From assembly GCA_028282645.1 (NCBI GenBank), contig JANQHM010000245.1:1-49155 (forward strand): a stretch of DNA of 49,155 bases, in the 5' to 3' direction. This document shows positions 28,902 to 38,062 of this stretch, one piece after another. The notes beneath the pieces were generated by a model. The model was given only the letters and a program-made list of their open reading frames with translations, had not been told where the DNA came from and searched no databases. Origin of the DNA: Candidatus Gastranaerophilales bacterium (GTDB taxonomy: Bacteria > Cyanobacteriota > Vampirovibrionia > Gastranaerophilales > JANQFW01). Both the position numbers and the translations under genes were made by a program. Each line of letters starts with the position of its first letter. The first letter of the stretch is position 1.

Positions 28902-29378
28902 TTGGTAAATTTATTAGAATTGGAAAATTTTATAAATAAGGAGATTGAATCATATTCTGAATTAGAATATTACCTGGTTCAAAAGAAAAATGCACTAATA
29001 AACAGTGACTTGGAACAATTAAAGAATATAGATACTTCAATACGGGAAACATTTGATAAAATAAAACGCTTGGCGGAACAACGACTGGTTTTGACCGGCG
29101 ATAAGAAGATTTATGATTTTTTATTTGATTTAAAAAATGATATTAATAAAAAAAGAATATTAAGTAAGTCTAATAAGCTGAAAAATAAGGCTAAAAGCAT
29201 AAAAAAACTGGATTTTATAAATACTGAGCTCTTAAAGCATTCCATGAAGATGGTTGAGGGTACTGTTGATGTTATTGTCAGTGCTTTTAAGCCACAAGTT
29301 TCCTCTTATAATAACCTGGGGAGAAAGAATGATGTTAAAAGCTCAATAAGCTTAAGTTCTATAGTGGAAGATGCTTAA
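28902..29378 (+). CDS. flgN: FlgN-like flagellar export chaperone
   Basis: The TTG at 28902 is preceded by GGAGGA (28889-28894). LLELENFINKEIESYSELEYYLVQKKNALINSDLEQLKNIDTSI fits the FlgN pattern. The track start at 28830 would add an implausible hydrophobic leader. Confidence 0.6.
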   Translation: MVNLLELENFINKEIESYSELEYYLVQKKNALINSDLEQLKNIDTSIRETFDKIKRLAEQRLVLTGDKKIYDFLFDLKNDINKKRILSKSNKLKNKAKSIKKLDFINTELLKHSMKMVEGTVDVIVSAFKPQVSSYNNLGRKNDVKSSISLSSIVEDA

Positions 29379-29399
29379 AAAACTTGGGGAGAAAAGAAA

Positions 29400-30959
29400 A
29401 TGCCATCCAGTATGTTTGGGATATACACAGCACAACAATCTTTACAATTGAATCAGGCTGCTATTAATCTTATTAACAATAATATAGCTAATATTAACAC
29501 GCCTGGATACAGTAAGGAGCGTTTGGAGCTTTCGCAGAAGGTTGTGATGAGTACAGGAGCCAATATTGGTGCTGTTGCTGCTCAGATGGGTGTCGGGTCT
29601 ATGGTTGACACTGTTACAAGAAATCGTGAAACTTATTTTGATAATTACTATAGAAGTGAGTCAACCACCTTTAATTACTATAAAGAGCTTGATTCTAATA
29701 TTTCGTTAATTGAAGATGCTGCTAATGAGCTTGAAGAAGGGGGAATTGGCGATGCTTTCATTCAGTTCTATGATGCTTCTCACAAGTTAAGTATGGATCC
29801 TGTTGATTCTGTTACCAGGACTAACTTTGTACAAAAGGCTATGGATTTGACGCAGAACTTTAATGATACCGCCAATCAGTTGACCGGTATTCAAGAGAAC
29901 CTTGTTGGTAATTCTGTCAACCCGGGTTCGCTTGATAAATCCAAGTTGGGCCTTATTACGTCGGAGTTGAACACTAAATTTGATGCATTAATTGAATTGA
30001 ACAGGGTTATTGGTCTTTCTTCGGCGATGGGGACTGCGCCTAACGGGTTAATGGATGAAAGAGATCGCCTGTTAGATGATATATCTGAATATATACCTAT
30101 AAGTGTAAATGAAAAAGCTAATAATAACTTGTCTATATCTGTGGGTAATTATGAGATACTGGACGGAGATACCAGGCATATTGAGTTTGATGTTGCATTC
30201 AATACTGAATCTATGGGTACGGAGGGAGTTTATGATCCTACTGTTGTTGTTTTAACAAGAATTGAGGATGATGAGGTTATAAATAGTAACGCTAATGACT
30301 TGTTTAAAACCGGTCAGATTGCAGGAGTACTTGATTCTGTACGTTATGACTTTGATGACCCTGATAAGTTAACTACTAACAATATCATGACCAGGCTAAA
30401 CAAGCTTGCTCGGGAATTTGCCGAGGCTGTTAATAGTATTCAGACTTCGGGTAAGTATATTGTTGTTGATGAGAATAGACTTAGTGACCCCGTTAATAAC
30501 CCTGATGAGATACCTGAAAATATCTTTGTTGATGGGGCTGGATATGTTAACGATATCACAGCATCCAGTATTACGGTTAATGACAATATTGTTAAAGATG
30601 TCTTTAAGATAGCTGCGGCCCAGTCTGATGATGTACTAGAAAAAGGTGATGGCAGTAATGCCCTTGCTATTGCCCAGTTAAGAAATGAGTATAACTCTGA
30701 GCTTGATAATGCTACGTTTGAAGACTATTTAAGCTCTGTTGTGGGTAAGATTGGTATTGAGTCCAGTAGTATAAAGCAGAGTTATGAAGCTCAGGATTCT
30801 ATTATGAAGAACATTAAGACCAAGCGCGAATCTATTATGGGTGTTAACCTTGATGAGGAGTTGACTGATTTGCTTAGATATCAAAGAGCTTACGAGGCTT
30901 CTGCTAAAGTGTTAAACACTGTTAGCAAGTCTTTAGAGACTATAATTAACATGGTTTAA
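29400..30959 (+). CDS. flgK: Flagellar hook-associated protein 1 FlgK
   Basis: It contains FGIYTAQQSLQLNQAAINLINNNIANINTPGYSKE at the N-terminus and VNLDEELTDLLRYQRAYEASAKVL at the C-terminus. Confidence 0.9.
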   Translation: MPSSMFGIYTAQQSLQLNQAAINLINNNIANINTPGYSKERLELSQKVVMSTGANIGAVAAQMGVGSMVDTVTRNRETYFDNYYRSESTTFNYYKELDSNISLIEDAANELEEGGIGDAFIQFYDASHKLSMDPVDSVTRTNFVQKAMDLTQNFNDTANQLTGIQENLVGNSVNPGSLDKSKLGLITSELNTKFDALIELNRVIGLSSAMGTAPNGLMDERDRLLDDISEYIPISVNEKANNNLSISVGNYEILDGDTRHIEFDVAFNTESMGTEGVYDPTVVVLTRIEDDEVINSNANDLFKTGQIAGVLDSVRYDFDDPDKLTTNNIMTRLNKLAREFAEAVNSIQTSGKYIVVDENRLSDPVNNPDEIPENIFVDGAGYVNDITASSITVNDNIVKDVFKIAAAQSDDVLEKGDGSNALAIAQLRNEYNSELDNATFEDYLSSVVGKIGIESSSIKQSYEAQDSIMKNIKTKRESIMGVNLDEELTDLLRYQRAYEASAKVLNTVSKSLETIINMV

Positions 30960-30979
30960 GTATAAAGGATAAGTGAGAT

Positions 30980-31915
30980 ATGGTTTATACAAGGATAACA
31001 GACAGATTGTTAAATGATAATATTATTGATAATCTACTTATAAACAGATCCAGGTTGAACGAGATGAATGAGCAGTTGGCTTCGGGGAAAGCGATTAATA
31101 GGCCGTCTGATAATACTGTTGCGTCTATGAATATTATGTTTAATAAGAAGGTTTTAGGCTCTATTGATACATTTAAGACAAATATTGAGTATGCTGCTGC
31201 TGAGTTGAATATTGCTGACAGATCGGTATTAAGTGCTGTTGATGTTGTGCATAGGGCCAAGGAGCTTACTGTTCAGGCTTCTAATTCTACGCTTGGATCT
31301 GATCAGATGAAGGATATTGCTAATGAAATGGATCAGTTGGTTAATCGTATTGTTGATTTAGGTAATACCAGATATAATTCCAAATTTTTATTCGGTGGAA
31401 AGATAACTGACAGGGAGCCTTATGATCTTGAGGGGGATAGTATTCAATATAAAGGGACTATGCCCGATAAGGACTTTGAGCGTAACGTTGAAATTAGCCA
31501 AAATGTTACTATGCCTATAAATATGGTTGCTGATGAGGTTTTTGGGCAATATGATACCAGCTCTGATCCTCCTCGGCAGTATGGGTTATTGAATACCCTC
31601 AAGACCATTAGTAACGAGTTAAAATTTGATACACCTTCTCATAGTAATATTAGAGATCAGTTGGATGTACTGGATGATGATTTGGAGACTTTGCTTAATG
31701 TTCAGGCTGAGCTTGGGGGGAGGTTGACCAGGCTTGACATGACCAGGAATAAGCTTTCTGATGATGAGCTTACTTATACCAGGTTTTTATCCGAGAATGA
31801 GGATATTGATCTTGCTAGGGTTATTTCCGAGATTAAGTTTCAGGAGACTGCTTTACAGGCTTCTTTATCAGCCAGTGCCAGGGCTATACAGCCAAGCTTA
31901 TTAGGGAAGATATAA
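30980..31915 (+). CDS. flgL: Flagellar hook-associated protein 3 FlgL
   Basis: It has a flagellin-like N-terminus RITDRLLNDNIIDNLLINRSRLNEMNEQLASGKAINRPSDN. Its C-terminus is LARVISEIKFQETALQASL. Confidence 0.85.
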   Translation: MVYTRITDRLLNDNIIDNLLINRSRLNEMNEQLASGKAINRPSDNTVASMNIMFNKKVLGSIDTFKTNIEYAAAELNIADRSVLSAVDVVHRAKELTVQASNSTLGSDQMKDIANEMDQLVNRIVDLGNTRYNSKFLFGGKITDREPYDLEGDSIQYKGTMPDKDFERNVEISQNVTMPINMVADEVFGQYDTSSDPPRQYGLLNTLKTISNELKFDTPSHSNIRDQLDVLDDDLETLLNVQAELGGRLTRLDMTRNKLSDDELTYTRFLSENEDIDLARVISEIKFQETALQASLSASARAIQPSLLGKI

Positions 31916-31955
31916 TAAAGAATTTAATGAATTAATCATCTCACTTAATTAATTT

Positions 31956-31978
31956 AAGCGGCTTTCGCCGCTTTTTTA
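31956..31978 (+). terminator. Intrinsic terminator ending the flagellar operon
   Basis: AGCGGC-tttc-GCCGCT is followed by TTTTTT. Confidence 0.8.
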
Positions 31979-32005
31979 TTGGTATTATTTTTTTTCATTC
32001 AAAAT

Positions 32006-32077
32006 ATATGTTATAGCATTTTTCTGAAAATCGTGCAGGCTTTGTCAAGGGTTAAATGTCGATTTTGTAACATTTCT
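32006..32077 (+). repeat. Left copy of the ~72-bp direct repeat bracketing hicAB
   Basis: atatgttatagcatttttctgaaaatcgtgcaggctttgtcaagggttaaatgtcgattttgtaacatttct aligns with 32642-32712. Confidence 0.8.
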
Positions 32078-32160
32078 TATCTTAAAGGTATTATGACTTA
32101 ACTTTTTGTACTTAAATTGATATACTAAATAGCATAAAGCTAAAACAAGAAGAAAAACAC

Positions 32161-32346
32161 ATGAACGTAAGAGATATAATAGCCTTGATAAAAAAGGATG
32201 GATGGTTCCTGGTTAATCAAGAGGGAAGTCATAGACAATATAAGCACCATGTTAAAAAAGGAAAAGTGACTATCGCAGGAAAGCTGAGTGCTGACGTTGC
32301 AAGGAAAACGCTTAATAGTATATTAAAACAGGCTGGTTTGAAATAA
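32161..32346 (+). CDS. hicA: HicA-family mRNA interferase toxin
   Basis: It is 61 aa and reads DIIALIKKDGWFLVNQEGSHRQYKHHVKKGKVTIAGKLSADVARKTLNSILKQAGL, which is the YcfA/HicA pattern. Confidence 0.85.
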   Translation: MNVRDIIALIKKDGWFLVNQEGSHRQYKHHVKKGKVTIAGKLSADVARKTLNSILKQAGLK

Positions 32347-32376
32347 AATCGGCTTTCACAATATAGGAGAATCAAT

Positions 32377-32592
32377 ATGCAAAAATATTTAATTATAATC
32401 GAGCAAGCCGGTAATAATTATAGTGCATATTCGCCTGATGTAGATGGATGTATAGCTACTGGCGATACAATAGAAGAGACAGTTCAGAATATGAAAAAAG
32501 CTCTTGAGATACATATTAGAGGGTTGATTGAAGATGGTTTGCCCCTTCCAAAGCCATCAAGGCATGAATATATTGAAATAGATGCGGCTTGA
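32377..32592 (+). CDS. hicB: HicB-family antitoxin (UPF0150-type, no appended DNA-binding domain)
   Basis: YLIIIEQAGNNYSAYSPDVDGCIATGDTIEETVQNMKKALEIHIRGLIEDGLPLPKP is present, and it lies immediately downstream of hicA. Confidence 0.8.
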   Translation: MQKYLIIIEQAGNNYSAYSPDVDGCIATGDTIEETVQNMKKALEIHIRGLIEDGLPLPKPSRHEYIEIDAA

Positions 32593-32641
32593 TGTTTGAA
32601 ATAGACGATTATATTGTTGAAAAATTAAAAGATCCTGCTAA

Positions 32642-32712
32642 ATATGTTATAGCATTTTCCTAAAAATTCCGCAGGCTTTGTCAAGGGGGAAATGCTAATT
32701 TGGCAATATTTC
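32642..32712 (+). repeat. Right copy of the direct repeat bracketing hicAB
   Basis: The sequence is atatgttatagcattttcctaaaaattccgcaggctttgtcaagggggaaatgctaatttggcaatatttct. It has internal dyad symmetry: TAGCATTT pairs with AAATGCTA. Confidence 0.8.
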
Positions 32713-32892
32713 TCTTTTATTTTTTATTTACATAGTTGTGAAATTATTTTTTATTTGCAATATTAAAAAACAATTATTAATATTTTGTTACAATTTAGTA
32801 TTAATAAATATTTTTATAATATACTATTTTTTAAATAGAATATCATATCATAACAAGTTGTATTATTATTCAAGACAAGAGAGGAAGAGAGA

Positions 32893-33738
32893 ATGTTCAT
32901 TAATCAATATCCAGTCAAAGCACTTCAGGTAAAACAAATGCAAGAAAAAGGTAATGCTGGTTTAAAAGATAATTTAGGGGCAAAACAGGATAAATCATCT
33001 GGTTTAAATTCACTTTCAGGGATTACTCAACTTGCAGCAAATAATAAAATTAATTTTTTGGAAAGTAAAGAATTAACTGATAAAAAAGCAGAAAAAGTAA
33101 TATCTATGTTTTTTGACCCTAAAGTGTCTGAAAATTTTCAGAATACGGTTAACGCTCTCCAGGTGAATGGGACTCGGAAGGAAGTACCTTTACCGCCCAA
33201 AGATTTCATGCAGATGATTAAAATGATGATGGATTCTGAAGTTGCGAAGAGTGTTATTCAAAAACTAGATAAGAAAACTGACCAAATGTTAAAAAATGAT
33301 ACAGAGAAAGAAAGAGCAGGGCAAATAAAGATACTTCTAAATGATTTTAAAAAAAAACAAGGCTTTGAAGGTAGTTCTAAAGCCATTACCTTTAAAGGAA
33401 ACGAAGAATCAGATGAAGAATTTCTAAAAAGATATAAAAAAGAAAATTCAGCTGCAAGACTTGCCGTGAAAACAGCTGGTGGGACAGCCGGAGCGGCGCT
33501 AGGAACTCTCATAGGGGGTGCACTGGGAACAGCAGCTGGTCCATTTGGAACTGTTGGCGGGGCAAAGATTGGTGGATTCATTGGAAGTATATTGGGTGGT
33601 TGGATTGGTTCAGAGACTGCTGAGCATGAGTTCTTTGAGCCTACAGATGATGATAAAAGATATGAGCAAATAATGCTAGATCGTTATGGAGTTCCCGATA
33701 TAGATTTGGGTACTATAGCATTGAGTAACTCTGTATGA
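32893..33738 (+). CDS. Hypothetical protein with a C-terminal glycine-zipper segment
   Basis: A strong RBS (gaggaagagag) precedes the start. The zipper is AGGTAGAALGTLIGGALGTAAGPFGTVGGAKIGGFIGSILGGWIGS. Confidence 0.55.
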   Translation: MFINQYPVKALQVKQMQEKGNAGLKDNLGAKQDKSSGLNSLSGITQLAANNKINFLESKELTDKKAEKVISMFFDPKVSENFQNTVNALQVNGTRKEVPLPPKDFMQMIKMMMDSEVAKSVIQKLDKKTDQMLKNDTEKERAGQIKILLNDFKKKQGFEGSSKAITFKGNEESDEEFLKRYKKENSAARLAVKTAGGTAGAALGTLIGGALGTAAGPFGTVGGAKIGGFIGSILGGWIGSETAEHEFFEPTDDDKRYEQIMLDRYGVPDIDLGTIALSNSV

Positions 33739-33826
33739 TTGAGAAATAGGTTTCACTTGTAGAAATTATTTTTAGTAATTTTTATTTATCTTGTATCTTT
33801 GCAAATTTGAGTTTATTATTGTATTT

Positions 33827-34198
33827 ATGATATTTACTAATAAAATACAACTTCATAGTCAAGCAAAATCCACGCATAAAATTAAAAAAAAATTTAGTTT
33901 TAAATCTGTATTGGGATTGTCTATAGCTATTTCTTCGCTAAAGAATCAGTTAGATACAGAGAAAGAATACTCTAGGAATGGAGAAAAGCTTAAAGAACTT
34001 GAGGGACAACTAAAGCAATATGATCCTACCTATAAGGCCAGTTGGGTTCCTTTTGATGATATAGGTATACTACGTAAGATGAAAGATGCATTTTTTTGCG
34101 ATGGTATAAATATAAATATTAGGAAGAAAATTGGAGAAGCTGAAAAAAAGCTTGAAAAGTACAAAAAAAAGCAAAATAAACTTGATGTATCAGTTTAA
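33827..34198 (+). CDS. Small hypothetical coiled-coil protein (paralogous to 34399..34671)
   Basis: GEKLKELEGQLKQYDP resembles QEELKELEKYKNSP in the neighbouring ORF. The start is uncertain (ATG 33827 or TTG 33791) and no clear RBS is present. Confidence 0.35.
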   Translation: MIFTNKIQLHSQAKSTHKIKKKFSFKSVLGLSIAISSLKNQLDTEKEYSRNGEKLKELEGQLKQYDPTYKASWVPFDDIGILRKMKDAFFCDGININIRKKIGEAEKKLEKYKKKQNKLDVSV

Positions 34199-34274
34199 AG
34201 GGCTTTGGATTGTATCTTAAAAGGGTGATCTATTGAAGTCTTTTTTGTAAAAAATATTTTGCAGATTATTTGTA

Positions 34275-34310
34275 TAACAATTTACTTTACTTTTATTTTT
34301 TATTTATATA
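34275..34310 (+). repeat. Conserved AT-rich block upstream of a small ORF (copy b)
   Basis: taacaatttactttacttttattttttatttatata is near-identical to 34762-34797. It is related to ggcaatatttctcttttattttttatttacata at 32702-32734. Confidence 0.65.
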
Positions 34311-34331
34311 ATTATAAAATGATTTGTAATT

Positions 34332-34370
34332 CATTTGGATACTATAGTGTTGAGTAACTCTGTTTGGTTT
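34332..34370 (+). repeat. Relic copy of the 3' end of ORF 32893..33738
   Basis: catttggatactatagtgttgagtaactctgtttggttt aligns with gatttgggtactatagcattgagtaactctgtatgattg at 33703-33741. The latter encodes ...LGTIALSNSV plus the stop codon. Confidence 0.6.
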
Positions 34371-34398
34371 ATTAGTTTAGTAGGGAGTATTTCTTTTT

Positions 34399-34671
34399 AT
34401 GATAAGCACTATAAGGAGTAAATCTTATCCATTCGCTGCTTTTAAAGCTGAATCAGCTAAAAAAAGAGAATTGAATACAAGCAGTAATAGAGAGCTTAAG
34501 GGATATCAGGAAGAATTGAAAGAACTGGAAAAATACAAAAATAGTCCTGCTAATAAAATTCTTGATGTTTTAGGTGCTTGGTATTTAATGTTTTTACCTA
34601 AAAAGTATACATTAGAATACAGGATTGATGAACTTAAAAATAAAATAAACTCTTGTAATGCCAACAAGTAG
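34399..34671 (+). CDS. Small hypothetical protein (paralogous to 33827..34198)
   Basis: AGGGAG lies upstream of the start. It shares a coiled-coil core with the preceding ORF. Confidence 0.4.
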   Translation: MISTIRSKSYPFAAFKAESAKKRELNTSSNRELKGYQEELKELEKYKNSPANKILDVLGAWYLMFLPKKYTLEYRIDELKNKINSCNANK

Positions 34672-34761
34672 TTTATAATCAATACTAAACCCAAAAAAGT
34701 AAAATTGATTATTGCCATTAGTTTGTGGAGGTAATTTATTTTACTTTTTTTTATTTTTATG

Positions 34762-34797
34762 TAACAATTTATTTTACTTTTATTTTTTATTTATATA
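34762..34797 (+). repeat. Conserved AT-rich block upstream of a small ORF (copy c)
   Basis: The sequence is taacaatttattttacttttattttttatttatata. It lies 27 nt upstream of the 34825 start. Confidence 0.65.
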
Positions 34798-34824
34798 GTC
34801 AAATAGGGATTTATAGGAAGTTTT

Positions 34825-35124
34825 ATGATGATTAATATGAGAAGAATTTCAACTAGTCGAGCAAGTATGAATCATTCTAAAATCTATAAAAAAGAAGATA
34901 GAGCTAATGTAATGTTTACAGGTGGTAATTATAATGCTAGCGGTAGTAACAAGTACAATAAACTAGAAAAATTATTGAACAATGTTGCAACTTTTGTTGA
35001 GGCTAACAAAGTGTTAAGCGCGGTTTGTGCCATTGCAGGTTCGGCACTTGTTATTCTTATTAATAATCCTGTTTATATAATACATGGAGTAAAGGCATAC
35101 TGGCCAGAGCGTAAAAAGGGGTAG
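34825..35124 (+). CDS. Small hypothetical protein with a C-terminal TM segment
   Basis: AGGAAG lies 5 nt upstream of the start. The hydrophobic segment is VLSAVCAIAGSALVILINNPVYII. Confidence 0.4.
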   Translation: MMINMRRISTSRASMNHSKIYKKEDRANVMFTGGNYNASGSNKYNKLEKLLNNVATFVEANKVLSAVCAIAGSALVILINNPVYIIHGVKAYWPERKKG

Positions 35125-35138
35125 TGTATATTTATTAT

Positions 35139-35441
35139 TCAAGATTCAAGAGAGTTTCTGTATTGTTTTAATATGCTTAATAGTATAAAGAGTGACCAGA
35201 AGAAATATATAATTGTTGTAAAAAATAGATAGTCAGTAAAGCTTGCAATTATTGCAATGCTTTTTTGTTCAATAATTGCGGTGAGTGTTAAATTTAATAT
35301 GCCTGTTATAGCTGGAACTACCATTGTGAAAGCATATTTTAATGTTAGATTTTTTGGGTCAATTTTTTTTAGGTAACCACTTCTGGGAAGTGCAACAAGG
35401 AAGAATGTGGCAGTAAAGCTATAACCTGCCAAGGCAGCCAT
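35139..35441 (-). CDS. Polytopic membrane protein fragment (possibly a truncated remnant)
   Basis: It is 100 aa, almost entirely hydrophobic, with no RBS. The frame stays open upstream of the ATG until a TAA TAA pair. It resembles the C-terminal end of a larger transporter or flippase. Confidence 0.3.
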   Translation of the reverse strand: MAALAGYSFTATFFLVALPRSGYLKKIDPKNLTLKYAFTMVVPAITGILNLTLTAIIEQKSIAIIASFTDYLFFTTIIYFFWSLFILLSILKQYRNSLES

Positions 35442-35581
35442 TATTGTTGGCCTTACTGTTGCTTTTTCTATATTAAATGTAATGAAGTTGGCTACTATCT
35501 GTATAAATTATTAGGCTTAAAAGAAAAGGCCATAAGTAGAAAAGACTGTTCATGCCCTTGTTTGATATTTGGGCTTGCTTT

Positions 35582-35824
35582 TTAGCATCCATTATTGTCA
35601 CCTTCAAGATTTTCTATTGATTCAATTGTAAAATCTATAAATTCTTGAAGCCTGTCTTCTTCTTTTTCTATATAGACATCTTTTGTTTCTAAAGCATCAA
35701 GTAACTTTGTTGACTTTTTAGAGCGTTTGCCTGCACTAATTGGTTTGACGTTGGATTGATACAAATTTTCTTTGTCAATATTTTCAAGAAAGTTTGCAAG
35801 ATTTGTTACTAGGACCTCGGGCAA
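35582..35824 (-). CDS. Small acidic hypothetical protein
   Basis: The 80-aa ORF has no family resemblance. It is co-oriented with the HEAT-repeat ORF upstream. Confidence 0.3.
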   Translation of the reverse strand: MPEVLVTNLANFLENIDKENLYQSNVKPISAGKRSKKSTKLLDALETKDVYIEKEEDRLQEFIDFTIESIENLEGDNNGC

Positions 35825-35886
35825 TTTTTTGCCTCGTTTTGAGCTATCAAGTTGTTTAAATTTTCTGATATTTTTATATTTAAATT

Positions 35887-36639
35887 TTATTCTAGTGCAA
35901 ATCTGACGTAAAAGTTAGGGTCTTGCTCCAATTTTGCCTTGATACTATTTATTTTATTATTATTTTTAATAATTTTATTTAATTTTTTTATAATATAACT
36001 TATTTTTTCTCTTATTGGATACTCTTCGTTCTCTGAATACTCTTGTAAAATATTAAATATATTATCCCAAGTTGTACTATCTAGCGCTGAAGAGTCGATA
36101 ATATCCTGCAACGCTTCTAAATACCAGTATGTGTGGCTGGTTTCGTTTTTGCCTTTTAGATTGTCGACTAATTTGTTTATAACCGGTTGTTTATTGTTAA
36201 TAACTCCTAGTATATTTATAATATTTTTGCAGACTCTTGGATTTTTGTCTGTTATTTGGTTTATTAAAATATTTATTGTTTTTTCTGTATTAAAAAATAT
36301 ATGATGTTCATGAACAGTTGTTAACTTTTTTAAAACAGAGGAGGTAAGTTCTCTAATTCGTGAGTCAGGACTGTTAAGAAGGTTTACTAAAAGTATTAAA
36401 TGTTTTGGATTATTGATTTTATCTATGTTTAAAAGAGCCAGGCTTATGTTGTTTAAGTCGTCTGACTGCAAATATTTTATAATATCAGTGTAGTCAAGGC
36501 TTTGGTTTAATAAATTATATGCTTTTTCTGTTGAATCGGTTAAGTTTCTCATAATATTTGATAAAAATAAGGGGGTAATACAGATGTTTATATTTAAAGC
36601 TTTAAAGAAAATGCTCTTTCTTGATAACAATGATAACAC
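35887..36639 (-). CDS. HEAT-repeat protein
   Basis: Repeated motifs of HEAT/PBS-lyase type are present: SPDSRIRELTSSVLKKL, DKNPRVCKNIINILG, DPNFYVRFALE. The start is uncertain (GTG 36639 or the internal Met at MRNLTD). Confidence 0.55.
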   Translation of the reverse strand: MLSLLSRKSIFFKALNINICITPLFLSNIMRNLTDSTEKAYNLLNQSLDYTDIIKYLQSDDLNNISLALLNIDKINNPKHLILLVNLLNSPDSRIRELTSSVLKKLTTVHEHHIFFNTEKTINILINQITDKNPRVCKNIINILGVINNKQPVINKLVDNLKGKNETSHTYWYLEALQDIIDSSALDSTTWDNIFNILQEYSENEEYPIREKISYIIKKLNKIIKNNNKINSIKAKLEQDPNFYVRFALE

Positions 36640-36756
36640 TGTTATTGGCTTGAGTGAACTAAAAAGTAGAGATCCCAGACAAAAAGTTCAATCAGCTATT
36701 AAAAAATCTAAAAAGCTGGATGATGTAAAGCTTTGCGATTTAATAAGAGGAATAGA

Positions 36757-37797
36757 TTAAACCTTATAAAGATTCATAATATCTTTAACTTCGTAAAGAA
36801 CTTCGGCGGCTCTTTGTTTAGCTTTTTTACTGCCTTCGAAAATTACTTGTTTGATATAGTCTGTGTCTTGCTCCAGCTCTTTTCGTTTTTCTCTTATATT
36901 TTTAAAATAATTATTTATCAGGTTTGCAAGCTCGATTTTACAGTCTTTGCAACCTCTGGTGCCTGCGCTGCACTCTTTTCTTACGATATTTTGGGTTGTT
37001 TCATCCGCAAATATTGAATAGTATGTATAAACAACTTCGCACTCGTCAGGGTGGCCGGGGTCTGTTCTTTTTATTCTTGATCTGTCTGTAATTGCTCGCA
37101 TTATTTTTTTTGCTGTTATTTCATCGGAATCTGATAATTTAATATCATTATTAAAAGATTTCCCCATTTTTTGGCCGTCTATGCCTTTTAGTAAAGGTGC
37201 TGTAGTCAACTTGGGCTGCGGCTCATTAAAATAATCTGTTTTGTAGATATTGTTGAATTTCCTTGCTATGTCTCTGGATAATTCCAGGTGAGCAACCTGA
37301 TCTTTACCTACTGGTACCAGTGATGCATTGAATATCATGATGTCTGCACTTTGCAGTACGGGATATCCTAATAGTCCGTATGTGATAACACCCGATGCCG
37401 TCGGGTCTTTAGCTTCCTGTTCATCAGTTTTTTTACTGAGGATTTGAACCATATCCTTGAGCGCGGGGTCTCTTTCAACCCAGTTATAAGGGGTTATCAT
37501 GCTTAAGTATACATGAAGTTCCGCAATTTGAGGTATTAATGATTGTACATATATTATGGATTCTTGCGGGTTAATGCCGCTTGCCAGCCAATCTGTTGCA
37601 ACTTCTATAATATGTTGGTTTAATTCTTCTGTTTCTTCGTATTTTGTGGTAAGTGCATGCCAGTCTGCTATTGCGTAATAGCAGTTGTAGTCGTTTTGAA
37701 GCTCAACCCAGTTTTTTAAGACGCCCATGTAATGTCCTATATGTAGTTTACCTGTAGGTCTCATTCCTGACATTATTGTTTTTTTGTTTTCCGGCAT
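36757..37797 (-). CDS. trpS: Tryptophan--tRNA ligase
   Basis: The class I motifs are GKLHIGHY (HIGH) and KMGKS (KMSKS). It also contains SGMRPTG, PVLQSADI, and a Cys-rich insert CSAGTRGCKDCK. Confidence 0.95.
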   Translation of the reverse strand: MPENKKTIMSGMRPTGKLHIGHYMGVLKNWVELQNDYNCYYAIADWHALTTKYEETEELNQHIIEVATDWLASGINPQESIIYVQSLIPQIAELHVYLSMITPYNWVERDPALKDMVQILSKKTDEQEAKDPTASGVITYGLLGYPVLQSADIMIFNASLVPVGKDQVAHLELSRDIARKFNNIYKTDYFNEPQPKLTTAPLLKGIDGQKMGKSFNNDIKLSDSDEITAKKIMRAITDRSRIKRTDPGHPDECEVVYTYYSIFADETTQNIVRKECSAGTRGCKDCKIELANLINNYFKNIREKRKELEQDTDYIKQVIFEGSKKAKQRAAEVLYEVKDIMNLYKV

Positions 37798-38062
37798 GTT
37801 TATCTCCTCTTTGATGAATTTGAAAGAAATTTTCTCCTTTACCTAGTTTAATGTTATTGTATTAAAAAAAATAAAATAAATAAAAAAAATACTTTTTGTA
37901 TTTTTATCTTAAAATATTAAAAAAAATATGAATTTTATAAAAATTTAATATGTAAATTAATATTAAATTTTTATAAAAACAAGCATTTTTTGTCAGGAGA
38001 AATACTTTATAATATTGGGTAAAGGAAACACATTTAAAGGTAGGTAAACTCCAAAAGAATTA

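Noticed and set aside
32006-35124. An integron-like cassette array (attC sites) around hicAB and the small ORFs.
   Set aside because: The repeats have some dyad symmetry, but I cannot find the RYYYAAC / GTTRRRY core sites. No intI-type integrase or attI is present in the window. It is kept only as a loose analogy in the findings.
36611-36760. A 49-aa plus-strand ORF (MLFLDNNDNTVIGLSELKSRDPRQKVQSAIKKSKKLDDVKLCDLIRGID) between the HEAT-repeat gene and trpS.
   Set aside because: It overlaps the annotated 5' end of the HEAT-repeat ORF and the trpS stop. It has no clear RBS and no homology. It cannot be distinguished from chance.
37798-38062. A possible T-box leader upstream of trpS.
   Set aside because: The region is almost pure A/T. 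It has no specifier-loop architecture and no conserved T-box sequence (AGGGTGGNACCGCG-like) on the minus strand.
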